Below, piece by piece: positions 11,236 through 24,444 of a stretch of 64,000 bases of DNA. The stretch comes from an uncultured Nitrososphaeraceae archaeon. Its GTDB lineage: Archaea > Thermoproteota > Nitrososphaeria > Nitrososphaerales > Nitrososphaeraceae. The position numbers and the translations under genes were made by a program. The stretch lies in assembly GCA_963779615.1 (NCBI GenBank), contig CAVZZA010000003.1, positions 160,001 to 224,000 of the forward strand. Direction: 5' to 3'. Every line of letters starts with the position of its first letter. The first letter of the stretch is position 1. The notes beneath the pieces are model-generated. The model ran no database searches. It was given only the letters and a program-made list of their open reading frames with translations, and was not told the origin of the DNA.

Positions 11236-12135
11236 ATGTGGTACAGTTTGGGTTTGCCGAGATACACCATCATTGATGCGCCCTCGATTCTCGGACTAGG
11301 GCCTACCGGAGTAGAACATCTTCCCGAAGCATTGAAGGGATCCGGATTAATGAAGAAACTAAATGCGGAATATGCAGGTTGTTTCCAACCATCAATATCA
11401 TATGACCCATATCGCGATCCAAAAACACAGATAATGAATGCTGATGCAATCAAGGCATTTTCATTACAGCTAGCCGACGTGGTCAGTGTTGAGATATCCA
11501 GGAGTTTTCCCATAATATTGGGTGGAGATTGCAGCATCGTCATAGGTGCTCTCTTGGGATTACGGCGTGTTGGCAGATATGGATTATTTTTCATCGACGG
11601 ACATTCTGATTTTTATCAGCCCCAAGCGTCCACAACTGGAGAGGTTGCAGATATGGACTTGGCAATAGTAACCGGCAGAGGTCCGAATATTCTCACAAAC
11701 ATAGATGGTCTCAAACCGCTTGTTCGCGATGAGGATGCAGTGTTGTTTGGCTACCGCGACGCAGAACAATCATCCAGTTATGGAAGTCAAGATGTGATGG
11801 ACACCGATATCCTTGCTATGGATCTTTTGAAAATAAGGGATTTGAAGATAAACACGGCTGCCCCTATGGCCGTTTCAAGGCTGCTGAAAGACGGATTGGA
11901 TGGGTTTTGGATTCACCTCGATGCAGACGTCCTAGACGATGGAATAATGCCTGCGGTTGACTATAGAATGGAAGGAGGGGGGTTAGACTTCTCTGAGCTG
12001 AGTGAGCTTTTGAAGGTCCTGGTTTCATCCGGCCGGGGTGTAGGAATGTCGGTTACCATATTTAACCCTCATCTTGATCCAGGTGGCTCCATTGCAAGAA
12101 ACTTTGCATCGAGCATAGTTGCAGGTTTGACATAA
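11236..12135 (+). CDS. Arginase/ureohydrolase family protein
   Basis: LGGDCS, FIDGHSDF, WIHLDADVLD, and IFNP; true start possibly the TTG near 11254. Confidence 0.9.
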   Translation: MWYSLGLPRYTIIDAPSILGLGPTGVEHLPEALKGSGLMKKLNAEYAGCFQPSISYDPYRDPKTQIMNADAIKAFSLQLADVVSVEISRSFPIILGGDCSIVIGALLGLRRVGRYGLFFIDGHSDFYQPQASTTGEVADMDLAIVTGRGPNILTNIDGLKPLVRDEDAVLFGYRDAEQSSSYGSQDVMDTDILAMDLLKIRDLKINTAAPMAVSRLLKDGLDGFWIHLDADVLDDGIMPAVDYRMEGGGLDFSELSELLKVLVSSGRGVGMSVTIFNPHLDPGGSIARNFASSIVAGLT

Positions 12136-12249
12136 GAAAAAGACATTGTCTGATTACCTAGAATGGGAATTTAGTCATGAATGAATCCGCTGACACACAG
12201 GGTTAGATTGGAGCAAATCCAGTATACCTTTGTGATTCAGGTGCATTTA

Positions 12250-12385
12250 GAGCATATAAAGTTTTGATAGGGAGGGTTTTGAATGGTATCGATTTTTGGT
12301 TTGCAGAATTCAATCCCAAATATAATGTGTAGGTCGACCTTAAAAAAAAGAACAGACATATACATTGTGGGCCCAAGGGGTACAG
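12250..12385 (+). repeat. Degenerate copy of the ~125-nt intergenic element family
   Basis: Retains TTTGATAGGGAGGGTTTTGA, TTCAA..TATAATG and the 3' TGTGGGCCCAAGGGG block shared with the copies at 17660 and 56476. Confidence 0.45.
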
Positions 12386-12578
12386 TAATAGATATATTAC
12401 CTGCCCAAGGGCTGTTTACGGTTTATTAAAATCTTCCTGGTTACTCAATTTTATAGATTTGCCATGGGGAGATCCCCGTTCAAATAAATTTGCCACATTA
12501 ATAGGCTATCAGAATGAAATGAACTAAGAATAACTAGATTTTAAGGTTTATCGTTCTTACAGATCAACAGATATCCAA

Positions 12579-13493
12579 ATGGATGTGTTATTTGATTGTG
12601 CCATTATCGGCGGAGTTCCTGCGGGTTTAAATGCTGCTTTGGTTTTAGGACGGGCAAGACGAAATACAATATTGTTTGATAACAATAACCCTAGGAATGC
12701 AGTTACACAGGAATCTCACGGGTTCATTACGCGTGATGGGATAAAACCCAAAGAATTTAGAGAAATTGCTCACAAAGAAATAGGCAAATATCCTTCTGTT
12801 GTAATTCAAAAAAAGGAGGTAACTTCAGTAATCAAAAATAATCAATTATTTGAATTGGTTACATCCGAAAAAGTAATTTATCAATCCAAGAAAATAATTA
12901 TCTCTTCGGGCTTGAAAGATGTTTTGCCGAATATAGGGAATATTTCTGACTACTATGGTAAGAGCCTGTTTAACTGCCCGTACTGTGACGGATGGGAATT
13001 ACGGGACAAACCTTTGGTTGTTATCATAGATGATCAAGTTCAGGGTTTTCATTTCATTCAGACTATCTATAATTGGTCCAAAGACCTTGTTGTGTGCACA
13101 AATGGCAAGTCCTTTCAAAACTCTGAGCAAAAACGTTTGATTCACAATAAGGGAATAAAGATAATGGAAAATAAAATCAGAAACTTTGTTGGGAAAGATG
13201 GGCAAATGGAAAAAATAATCTTTGAAAACGGAGAAAGAGTGAATAGAAATGGTGGCTTTGTTCTTCCCCAACTTATTCAATCGTCTAATTTTGCTAAACA
13301 ATCAGGATGCGAAAATAACTCACTTGGTGGGATTTCCGCAGACTCTCATGGCAGGACAAACATCCATGGGGTATATGCCGCTGGTGATGCTTCCGTAATT
13401 GCTCCCGCTCAATTGATTATTGCCGCGGCGGAAGGGCTTCGTACAGCAGTGGGTGTAAACAGAGACTTGATCCAAAAGGAGTTTTTAGGATGA
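12579..13493 (+). CDS. NAD(P)/FAD-dependent oxidoreductase, thioredoxin reductase-like
   Basis: AIIGGVPAGL FAD site (third Gly replaced by Val), CPYCDG, and GVYAAGD. Confidence 0.88.
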   Translation: MDVLFDCAIIGGVPAGLNAALVLGRARRNTILFDNNNPRNAVTQESHGFITRDGIKPKEFREIAHKEIGKYPSVVIQKKEVTSVIKNNQLFELVTSEKVIYQSKKIIISSGLKDVLPNIGNISDYYGKSLFNCPYCDGWELRDKPLVVIIDDQVQGFHFIQTIYNWSKDLVVCTNGKSFQNSEQKRLIHNKGIKIMENKIRNFVGKDGQMEKIIFENGERVNRNGGFVLPQLIQSSNFAKQSGCENNSLGGISADSHGRTNIHGVYAAGDASVIAPAQLIIAAAEGLRTAVGVNRDLIQKEFLG

Positions 13494-13585
13494 ATCTGCA
13501 TGGAGATTGTATAAACAGTAATCCAAAAACCAATTCCATCTTTTCAGTAGTTTCAATAAGAATCCAAATAGCATGACTCTAGCAA

Positions 13586-13715
13586 TAAATGGGCTCAGCC
13601 ACTTTTCATCTAAAACTAGGGGGTTTGAGTAGGGTAGGTAAACGGGTTCAATCAATACACCAGGTATTTTAGTTTATTTTAACTTTGTAAAATTGATTTA
13701 TACTAACTAAGAGGG
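13586..13715 (+). repeat. ~125-nt intergenic element family, copy A
   Basis: ATGGGCTCAGCCACTTTTCA...AGGGGGTTTGAGT..GGTAGGTAA..GGGTTCAA matches copies at 17660 and 56476. Confidence 0.75.
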
Positions 13716-14019
13716 ATAAGAGACAAATTTTGCCAAATTTGGGATTTGGTTCTGTCGTCACCTATTTGAGTTTTTTGCATTCTTTTTAGGAATTGTTACC
13801 GCAGATTTTTAAATGAATGGATCTTTGATTATATCCAACTATTAGAAACTACTATACTAATTTATTGTCCTGTTTTACAAAAGGCTGATTCAAAGCATGT
13901 ATGCTTATAATGAAAATGACAAATGTGGTGGTAGCGACTACAATCCTTTCTATAGTAATATAACTTTATCAGTTTATTACGCTATAGTGAGGTTTTAGAA
14001 TCGCTATTTATTACCCTAA

Positions 14020-16084
14020 TTATAACGCTACCCAGCTTTCAGACCACTGGCTACTATTACTTGGAGCAGTCTGCCACCTATGATAGAGTTTTCCGTCTGA
14101 ACCTACTATAAATGCCTCTAGTCTGCCATCGGCATTTTGAGTCTACAACAGGATTGCTGCTTGATGGCCATGTCTGTTTTCCAAATGGAACCCAATTCAT
14201 AAACCACTCCCATAGACTAGTGCTATTATTTTTTATAGTCTGCCACCTATGATAGAGTCGTCCGTCTGAACCTACTATAAATGCCTCTAGTCTGCCATCG
14301 GCATTCTTTGCCACAGATATCCTTTTACGAACAGGCCAGTTTCCTTCCAATGGAATCCACGACGACCATATACCGGTATCAATAGAGTTACTATCCTGTA
14401 ATCTATAATAAAGTCGTCCGTCTTTACTATTTATGAAAAACACATTTATCCTGCCTTCAACATCAGTTGCCACTGCAGGATCGCTGAGTCTGTTTTCTGG
14501 AGGTTCGGTAGATAATGGGCCGCCTAATGAAATCCAATCCTCAGACCATTGATTACTATTCATCATACCCTGCCATCTATAGTAAAGTTGTCTATCCTGA
14601 CCTATCATAAAAACCACTAATCTAGCGTCACTGGTCATTGCTACAGTGGGTCTTGCATTTGGAGACCATCGTCCTCCAAGAGACGGAAGATATGCATCAT
14701 CCCTAGATGTGTGATGGAGTCGATACAGATTGGAAGAATAGTCCTCATGCACCATAAACAATTCTAGACTACCGTTAGGATTCTGTGCTACTACAGGATC
14801 ACCCTCAAAGTCTACTCCCCCTATTTCATTTGATTGTGTGGTAGCCCATTTACTATTTGGTTTATCCTGATATGAATGTAAACGGGTATTATCCCTTAGC
14901 CAAAAGACATCAAGTCTACCGTCACTACTCCTTGATATTGCCGGCCTTTGACCAGAAGAAAAAAACTGTTGTTCTAGTCCCAAAAAAATCCAATCCTTAT
15001 CCCATTCATTACTATTTACGGATTTTTGTTGTTTATTGGAAAGCTGCTTATCTGACCCTATAACAAAGGCTTCCAGCCTGCCATCAGTATTTCGTAATAT
15101 AGTGGGGGTTAGATTCCCATACATTTCAGAAGCTGCTGCTATATCGCCATTGCTTAGTTCGTTCTTTTGTCCTAATGAATTTGCACAGTCCCTAGATGGA
15201 TATACTGGCTCAATTGTTGGACTTCTATTCTTAGAGAAAAACCATGCACCATAATGCATAATTGAACAATAATCATATTCACCTACATCATCACCGTCAA
15301 CGATATGCTGACCAAAGTTGTGTCTCATATCCTTCGTCGAATCATATGTTCCATTTGGCTGAATTCCATCTTCAATATTATCCCAATTAATTCTGATAAA
15401 GTTATCTCTGTCTTCTCTACTTTGCTCATGCCATAATCCCACTGTATGTCCAATTTCGTGTATTACATCGCCGGTAACACATCTATCAGATATTATTATA
15501 TACTGTTGTCCCCAGTTTTGCATTCCGATAGGTGAAGAACAGTGAAAGACTTCTTGTTGTGTTTCATTTGAATTGGGAGTATATTGTATAAATGATACAT
15601 AATTTGGGTAATACTGAGCATTGTTATCATTGCGCTGAATAAAGCGAACTGGCGTTCTCTCCTCCCAATGATTAATTGCATCTATAACACGCTGTTGGTT
15701 TGGAAGTGAAGGTCCAATTGTGTAAGGTATTTCCCCACGTGGCCAACGAAGCTTATCACCCTTTCGTACAATCGCTCTCAAGAGTGGTTTTACTGATAGT
15801 TCATGTTCATTTGGAGCCTTAGGCTCAGGACTAAGCTTTTCTATCTCCTGGGGAGAGCTAGCAAGTATAATATCGCCTTCAAAAATGGCATTGCCATTGA
15901 TCATTCTATATTTAACTTCCTTATTACGAAAGGTGTTACCGTTGATATGTCCCGTATGCCATGCAGAATCTGCACTAACATCGGTATTGCCATTACCAAG
16001 GCTTGTATCGCTATTGATGTTACTATCAGATGAATTTTCTTCTGACTTTCCTTTTGACAAGACAACTTTAGTAACTTGCTGCAC
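14020..16084 (-). CDS. Astacin (M12A) zinc metalloprotease fused to PLL-like beta-propeller lectin repeats; last repeat frameshifted
   Basis: Propeptide FEGDI, HEIGHTVGLWHE zinc motif, SIMHY Met-turn, and repeated NxDGRLExF/LYHRWQ blades. A +1 shift near 14140 displaces QNADGRLEAFIVGSDGKLYHRWQ...WVAL* (stop 14020). The ORF track ends at 14078. Confidence 0.88.
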
Positions 16085-16086
16085 TA

Positions 16087-16168
16087 TAAAAGAAATTCCC
16101 TAGGAATGATTAAAAAGAAATTCCCTAGGAATGATTAAAAAGATATTCCCTAGGAATGATTAAAAAGA
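16087..16168. repeat. 25-bp tandem repeat x3 with internal palindrome ATTCC-CTA-GGAAT
   Basis: AAAAAGAAATTCCCTAGGAATGATT with period 25 (16091, 16116, 16141); no spacers. Confidence 0.92.
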
Positions 16169-16621
16169 TCATTTTTGTCTTTTGTTTTGTTTTGCATATA
16201 GATAAATTATGGAAAATTATGACGGTTTTTGTATCCATTTCCATGTCGATACATGGCCTCTGTGAGCAAATCTGTTTAATGCTTTAGCGGTGCTTCTATA
16301 GGAAAGACCAAGAAAGTAGAGATATAGCCCATAAGCGATATCTTTTGGCTGTGTTCTCTTCCTTTGATATTTCAATGTATATTGTAAACGCCTTTCAGCT
16401 ATAGCATTTTCTTAAGTTAACAGAGCCATTTATTCACGGGCCACCGCTATAAAGTAAGAGTATTCCACCTAACATTAAAAACAGAAACTAAAAAATAGGC
16501 AATGTTGAGGCCATCTGTAAGAAAAATTCTAAATTTATCTGGCTGTTGCCATATAAAATAAATATTTGGGCCATAATAAAACATATCTGCTTTTGACTAT
16601 TACCGTAGCGTTGGATAGATA

Positions 16622-17539
16622 ATGGTAAAAAATCAAAAGGTGGCGGTTGTAACGGGAAGTTCATCAGGCATAGGATTTGAAACATCCTTGGCACTTGCAA
16701 GGAAAGGTTATGTTACCTACGCTACTATGAGGGATTTGCGAAAATCCAAAAACCTGGAGGGAATTGCCCATGATGCAAACGTTTCGCTGAAAACTATCGA
16801 GATGGACGTTGACCATGATCATTCGGTTGGGAACGCAATAGACAAGATTGTTGGTGAATCCGGCCGGATTGATGTGCTGGTCAACAATGCAGGGTTTGGT
16901 CTTTTTGGATCGTTGGAGGATCTTGAGATGGAAGAGATAAAAAAGCAATACGAAACAAATGTGTTTGGTGTAATAAGGGTGACCAAAAATGTCCTTCCAA
17001 CAATGAGACTCAGACAGAATGGAATCATAGTCAATATTAGCTCCATAGCTGGATTGGCAGGCGTTCCTTCCCAATCCATTTACTGTGGAACGAAGTTTGC
17101 AGTTGAGGGCTTTAGCGAATCCCTGTCTTTTGAGGTTGAGCCTTTTGGGATAAAAGTGATACTTGTTGAACCGGGGGCAATAAACACGGAATTTGCAAAG
17201 GATTTGATAGTGCCAACCAACAGGTATGGAGTTGGCAAAAATGCAGAATATGTCAATCAACCCGTTCATAAAGACAATGGGGATAATTTGTTGTCCTCCT
17301 ATAGCAACACCATAGGAAAATTCTTGTCATTTTATTACAAGGCAATGAGCAACGCTCCCCACCCTGAGGTTGTTGCCAATGAGACAATCCGAGCAATAGA
17401 AAAAGTTTCTGATGGAAGCAATGCCGAACCTATTCTGAGGGTAACAGTTGGAAATGACTCTAAAAAGTATTCCAAATTAAAAAAGGAACTATCAGACAGT
17501 GAATTTCATAAAACACTAAGAGAGGATTTGTTAAGGTAG
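16622..17539 (+). CDS. Short-chain dehydrogenase/reductase
   Basis: TGSSSGIG, NNAG, and YCGTK. Confidence 0.92.
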   Translation: MVKNQKVAVVTGSSSGIGFETSLALARKGYVTYATMRDLRKSKNLEGIAHDANVSLKTIEMDVDHDHSVGNAIDKIVGESGRIDVLVNNAGFGLFGSLEDLEMEEIKKQYETNVFGVIRVTKNVLPTMRLRQNGIIVNISSIAGLAGVPSQSIYCGTKFAVEGFSESLSFEVEPFGIKVILVEPGAINTEFAKDLIVPTNRYGVGKNAEYVNQPVHKDNGDNLLSSYSNTIGKFLSFYYKAMSNAPHPEVVANETIRAIEKVSDGSNAEPILRVTVGNDSKKYSKLKKELSDSEFHKTLREDLLR

Positions 17540-17659
17540 GTTGAACTATTTTCAGTTGAGTGCCTTTCTTTTGAGATTATCATAACAAGAGGTTAAAAAG
17601 CCCCGCGTGAGAGCCTAAATCTATTTTAACATTCAAAGACAAAGGGTTCTGACGATACA

Positions 17660-17790
17660 GGGGCTCAGTCACCTTTCAGCTTTGAATAAGGGGGTTTGAG
17701 TTTGGTAGGTAATGGGTTCAACTAACATATAATGATAATAGCGTATCAAGTATATGAACCCATGTATCTATGGGCCCAAGGGGGCTAGTG
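17660..17790 (+). repeat. ~125-nt intergenic element family, copy B (most complete)
   Basis: GGGCTCA(17661)...TGGGCCC(17771)AAGGGGG; internal inverted repeat ATGGGTTCA 17712-17720 / TGAACCCAT 17755-17763. Confidence 0.75.
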
Positions 17791-18189
17791 CCGATATCGG
17801 TTCTTAAAAATAGATTCTAATAAATTAGATATTTTTAGAAATATAAAGATTTTAGGGAGTTGTAATAATTAGATGGTGAACATCGAAAGAGATTTGAACC
17901 CGCATCTTGCGTTTAAGATTACGTTAGATGATTTAATTCAGCTTGGATAACAGATTAATTGAAAAAGAATTAAATCTAGATCAATTCTGACAATGAATTG
18001 GTCGTAGGCCAGAGGTTTTTGAAACAAATTTGACATCAAAAATGGATTCAGTTTGACAATATTATCATGACATCAATTCCATCCCTCGTTAGGCAGGTTT
18101 GTAACGAGTAGGCGTGTTGATGGAGGATACTCAAGGAAGTTAACCTAAATTTCAATCGTATCAATATTGCTGGCGAGGAATCGGATTTT

Positions 18190-18445
18190 TTTACTTGTCA
18201 GGGAGTCCCAATTTGACTCGCTAGATGTCATCACTAAACAGATGTTGATGCTAGAATTGATTTTCACCGATCAGACAACTCAGTGACTTATTTTCTGCAT
18301 CATTACATCAAGTACGACAATAGCATATAGGTTTGACTTAAAGTTACAAGCACCAGCACAGGATCATCTGAAAGTATCTTGGGGAGTCGAGTCCTGTAGG
18401 CTCTAGTGCCATATTTAGTAATGTTGTCATGTCAGGTTCGTCGTC
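18190..18445 (-). pseudogene. Response regulator receiver-domain relic
   Basis: Across frameshifts: DDEPDMTTLLNMALEPTG..DTF.DP..NFKSNLYAIVVLDVMMQ..KINSSINICLVMTSSE. The N-terminal beta-strand is missing. Confidence 0.65.
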
Positions 18446-18534
18446 TCTTTACGGTTTCAAGGATCGCGACTGTAGTAGATCCTCCACCGTCACTCAGCGG
18501 TCGACCGGTTCGGAGAGCGGCCACTCAAACGGCA

Positions 18535-19212
18535 TCAGCGGGGAGAAACGTGAAGGACCTCCTCCATGTAGCGATCGGCGTTTGATGCTGCCTCCTCTGG
18601 GTTGCTGCCGATTTGACGCGCGCTGAGATAGGGCGCATACCAGTCCCACCAGTGATGCTGGGCATGCGTCTTCTCGAAGTGGCCGTGGTGCTCTGCTGTC
18701 TCGTGGAGGAGCCCTGCCAAGGTTGCAACGTCCATAGCCTGTGGTAGCGTCAAGTTCCACTCGCGGCCGGGAAGCCGCGTCTGGATCTCCTGGAGCAGCC
18801 AGCCGTTTCCGTCCGGATCCTCGAACGAGGCAAATGAGTAGTAGGAACGACCTTGCGGATCGTGCCCGTTGACGCGTGGGTTCTCCATGGCGTTGTTGAA
18901 GGGGCCGCCGGCATAGTGGAAAACCTCGCTCACGTCGACGCCGCGGGCGATCAAGTTGTCGCGGGTGGCGTCGACGTCGTACACCGCCAGGACCGGGCGG
19001 TCGATCGACCCCGGCTTGGCGGAAGTGATCCCCTTGCCGAAGACGATCGATGCTTTCGAATTGGGAGGAGTGAATTGTATCGCCCGGAAGTCCTCGTTGG
19101 CGACGTAGTCGATATCCAAGCGAAATCCCAGTTTCTCGTAGAAATGTTTGGCCCTATCGATGTCAGAAACAGGTACGAATAAAATTTCTAGTTTCATATC
19201 CATATACAACAC
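18535..19212 (-). CDS. VOC/glyoxalase family protein with C-terminal helical extension; GC-rich
   Basis: KLEILFVPVSDIDRAKHFYEKLGF, QFTPP, and FASFEDPDGNGWLLQE; visibly GC-rich against the flanks. Confidence 0.9.
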   Translation of the reverse strand: MLYMDMKLEILFVPVSDIDRAKHFYEKLGFRLDIDYVANEDFRAIQFTPPNSKASIVFGKGITSAKPGSIDRPVLAVYDVDATRDNLIARGVDVSEVFHYAGGPFNNAMENPRVNGHDPQGRSYYSFASFEDPDGNGWLLQEIQTRLPGREWNLTLPQAMDVATLAGLLHETAEHHGHFEKTHAQHHWWDWYAPYLSARQIGSNPEEAASNADRYMEEVLHVSPR

Positions 19213-19465
19213 TCCTTTTTCTTTTATTTAATTAGAGTGGTTGTTTACTCCGGCATAGTTGAACAAGTCGTTATTAAATTAGTAGTAATTATCTGTCTTT
19301 TGGGTTTGGTATGCAATATATATTAAGTTAAGAACTACTACTGTACTTATTTAATGGAATTGCTTAATCTACACAAATTAAATGTAACGGGAATCGATAG
19401 CTGTGTAGCCTATGATATTGCCTTAAACAGCTATGACTTTAATAGAATAGTTGCTAGTCATCACT

Positions 19466-19695
19466 ATCAATATTGTTCTAGTTTATAATACACATAATAA
19501 TAGATCTTCATGGAGCAAAGCAATTCTAATTTTAAGAATGCAGGACATAGTGTTATCGGAGTACAACTCGCATTGCATTCAGTGGGAGACTATATTGCTA
19601 CGGTTAAGCAAACAATCAATCAGACAGGTGGACCAGTAACCGCCGTAGGACATTCCTATGGTGGACATGTGATCACTAACGCTGGATTAAATAAT
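19466..19695 (+). pseudogene. Alpha/beta hydrolase N-terminal relic
   Basis: NIVLV...SSWSKAI / NAGHSVIGVQLALHS...GGPVTAVGHSYGGHVITNAG (GxSxG nucleophile motif), then truncated. Confidence 0.75.
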
Positions 19696-20606
19696 AGTAT
19701 CAACATAAGAAATTCCTCCACTATATCGAAATCAGAATAGCTGATACTTGGACTGATCATATCCGTCAACATGAATATGTTACCAAGAATGTTCAAGTTA
19801 TGGAAGATAGAATCCGTGCACTTATCAAAGATTCTCCAACACCAATAACATCGCATCATGTAGTAAAATTGCCTCTCAAATAGTTTCCACGTAGAAGGGC
19901 CTCGCTAATAGATTTTTAGTCTACAAGCAATAATCAATAACATACGTACAATATCGCCAAGACTGGACATGGATAGTCTGTTGTGCAGACAGCACGTGAC
20001 TTTCAAATTCGTTCCCTCATACCACACTGCTATGCGGACAAATAAATAACTATGAATAAATAAATAGTAAAACTGATGTTCATAAATAATTTTAATAACC
20101 ATGGGAGAAAATATTCAAATCTCAACTTCGTTTTTCTACTATTTTTAATAGGTAACATATCAAAGCAAATTCTAGGTTAATAGTTGGGAAGGGTAAACAG
20201 TGAATCCCAAAAAGCATTACTCTTTGTTCTATTTCAAATTCATCTAAAGTAATTTTAGATCCTTTAATCATATATATATATCACTTGTCGAAATGTAAGT
20301 TTGTTTGCGCCTGTAGAAAGTTACTTCCGATAATCATCAACTTAGATACAATACTCGTTACCAAAGATTCTATTGATCGATTCTTGAGAGTTTAGTAAAG
20401 TCTTGAGCCACAGGATTTGATTTCGTTCTTTTTGAAGGAAATTCAAAGGAAATCGCCGCTCCCATCCGAAATTTTTCGGAGGGTTACCTTAATGAATCAT
20501 TGATTGAAAGACCAAAAACAAGCATTTAAAATAAAGGTGTTGAAAACTTATTGATCTAAATCTGTTGTAATTGCAGAATAAAAATGGTTGTTTTTGATAC
20601 CCGTTT

Positions 20607-21119
20607 TTATTTATCTTTTTTCTTTATGAAACTGATTTGACCATTTATTTCTAGATTAGATATGTCAATTTCATCAATGTTTCTTATCCCCGCTAATCTC
20701 ATAAAGGATTCAAATTCTTTTATTCCGATTCTTGCCCTTGTCATTCCTTCTTTGTCCATATTGCCATTCTTAACCAATGATACAATTTCTGGATTAATCA
20801 TCTTCTCCAATCTTTTGTTTTTAGCGCTTACATAATCCAAGAATTTAAACACACTTATAATTATGACCAATGCTACTAACATTATTACTATCGGTGTATC
20901 ACGATTAATCACAGCATCACCTACTAGATCTCCAAGACTCAGAAATATTACCAATTGATAAGTTGTCAGCTGGCCAAAACCTTTGCTCCCGAGCCATTTT
21001 ATAACAACCAGAAGGATTCCGGTTATAATGAGGGTTCTTAAAATGATGGACAGTATTAGTGCGGGCTCAAAACCCAATGCAGTGTCCAAATATTCCAAAA
21101 GAGATGATAATATACCCAT
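20607..21119 (-). CDS. DUF421/YetF-domain membrane protein
   Basis: GQLTTYQLV..LSLGDLVG, LVKNG, LEINGQISFIKK. Confidence 0.85.
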   Translation of the reverse strand: MGILSSLLEYLDTALGFEPALILSIILRTLIITGILLVVIKWLGSKGFGQLTTYQLVIFLSLGDLVGDAVINRDTPIVIMLVALVIIISVFKFLDYVSAKNKRLEKMINPEIVSLVKNGNMDKEGMTRARIGIKEFESFMRLAGIRNIDEIDISNLEINGQISFIKKKDK

Positions 21120-21278
21120 TATCCATGAATATTAACTACTAAATAAAAATAGTCGCAATTTGACACAACAACCATTTCAAATACCCATATTACTAAAGTG
21201 AAAGTGCTCTAGGGGATAAAATAATCATAGGACCCTTTTTAATCAAGATATAAAATTAAAGATAGCCGTCACCAAACC

Positions 21279-22767
<1,489 letters not shown>

Positions 22768-23086
22768 AGATTGTTCGTATTGTCACCTATGTCAAAGATT
22801 GCACAATCATTGGAAGATATACCATTAGATCCAATGCTTTTTTATGATGAAGAAGAAGATTGTTAGATTAAAAAATAAGTTTGTATGATATCTGGATTGT
22901 GCTGCAGTTTATCTAAAATTCAATCCTTAATTTAATTCAAAATTATTTCTCCCTCGCCTCTGTACAAGTATATGCTCTCTACACTGAAAATATTGAAGAG
23001 ATCTTATAAGGGGGCAGCATCCAATTTGTTCCAAATATTTCGGTTTTGAAATGAAAAACAATATATCGTTACAGATTAAAAAGTCC

Positions 23087-23460
23087 ATGGTTAAACTGTA
23101 GAATTAGATGGGCAGGTAAAGATTGCACAACAGAGGAGGAAGATTTTGGTCCTGTCATCCTGATCAACACATTTCATGCGAATCCTGAGGATGCATACAA
23201 GTTGATTGAGGCCTGGACTTCCGATGCAGTATACTTTAAACAACAACCGAGTACACCTCTACACAACTTCACAGGGGCATATGAGAAGCGGCACATTTAT
23301 CAATTACCTAGTCTGGGAATCTACAAAAAAATACAAAGACGCATATAGGGTGGATGGTTCACCGGAAGCAAAGTCAAACCTTTTGGAGTGTCCTGTTAGC
23401 GCAGTTTCCTCGCCGCATCTCTTTAAGAAGGTTGCATTGACAGATATTTGTGTTGGGTAA
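23087..23460 (+). pseudogene. Antibiotic-biosynthesis-monooxygenase (ABM) family relic
   Basis: GPVILINTFHANPEDAYKLIEAWTSDAVYFKQQP / SGTFINYLVWEST...SPHLFKKVALTDICVG across frameshifts. Confidence 0.7.
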
Positions 23461-23846
23461 ACCCTTACAGAAAAACCCAAGGAAAAAAAAGATAACAATC
23501 TGCTAGGTAAATCACATGCGATGAGCTGATTTTTATTCGCATTTTCATTTATAAAACAACTCTTTCAAGAGAGCCATTATCGTAACTGGCCCTATTGGCC
23601 TCGACTCTGGCATATAGAATGGATCTGTTACCTTAAAGTAACGGCAGAAGGCGAGGCCTGACTGATGCAAGTCATTTATATTTTAAATCTAAATAAAGGA
23701 TTTAACCGTTTTAATGACAAATGACTTGTGATGTCAAATTTGGTCAACTAAACAATTGGGAATAATTGTCAAATACAAAAGTACAGTGAGATGTTATAGT
23801 ATGTGGTGTATATTGCTTTTTTTATTGGTGGTCCTACTCAAAATCA

Positions 23847-24422
23847 ATGGTAAATCATAGTAAGGTGATGCTATTGGACTTGTTACCAATAGTCGCAATA
23901 TCAGCTTTGCTTGTGTACGGGACCATGCAACAACAATCAGCATTAGCGTTTGGGGTAAACGTAAAAGACACGCATTTTTATGATGTGTTTATTACCACCC
24001 AAAACGGTGTTGAAAAGTTTGCTGCGGATTACCGTAAAATAACCGGGGATGATCCGTCTGAGACGGTGGTACTTGAAAATACAAAACCTAGGACTGCACC
24101 TGAAATTGTTTTAAAGGAAGGTCAGCCGACCGAGATTCATTTTGACTGTAAAAATGATGATTGTCTTGTAAATACTTTCGAAAGATGGAATGCCAATCTT
24201 GTACCATTGGGGACCTCCGATGAAACAATAATAAATGGCACACCTCCTACTGTAAAAACCATAGTTGAAAATCACTTTTGCGACTGGAAAGATGAAGCCT
24301 GCGCTTTAACATTTGATTTTCCATCAGAGAACTTGAAGACTGGAAACTATTTGCTGGTGGTGGTGGCATCGGTTGATGAATTCACTGGTATCTTCATAAA
24401 TGAGGCAAAGGTAATCAAATAG
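23847..24422 (+). CDS. Secreted hypothetical protein (beta-rich, 4 Cys)
   Basis: Signal peptide ending QSALA; T-rich tract after the stop. Confidence 0.7.
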   Translation: MVNHSKVMLLDLLPIVAISALLVYGTMQQQSALAFGVNVKDTHFYDVFITTQNGVEKFAADYRKITGDDPSETVVLENTKPRTAPEIVLKEGQPTEIHFDCKNDDCLVNTFERWNANLVPLGTSDETIINGTPPTVKTIVENHFCDWKDEACALTFDFPSENLKTGNYLLVVVASVDEFTGIFINEAKVIK

Positions 24423-24444
24423 GTTTTTCTTTTCTTTTTCCATC

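Noticed and set aside
16087-16168. Possible mini-CRISPR (25-bp palindromic repeat x3)
   Set aside because: Units are contiguous with no spacers, and there are no cas genes in the window.
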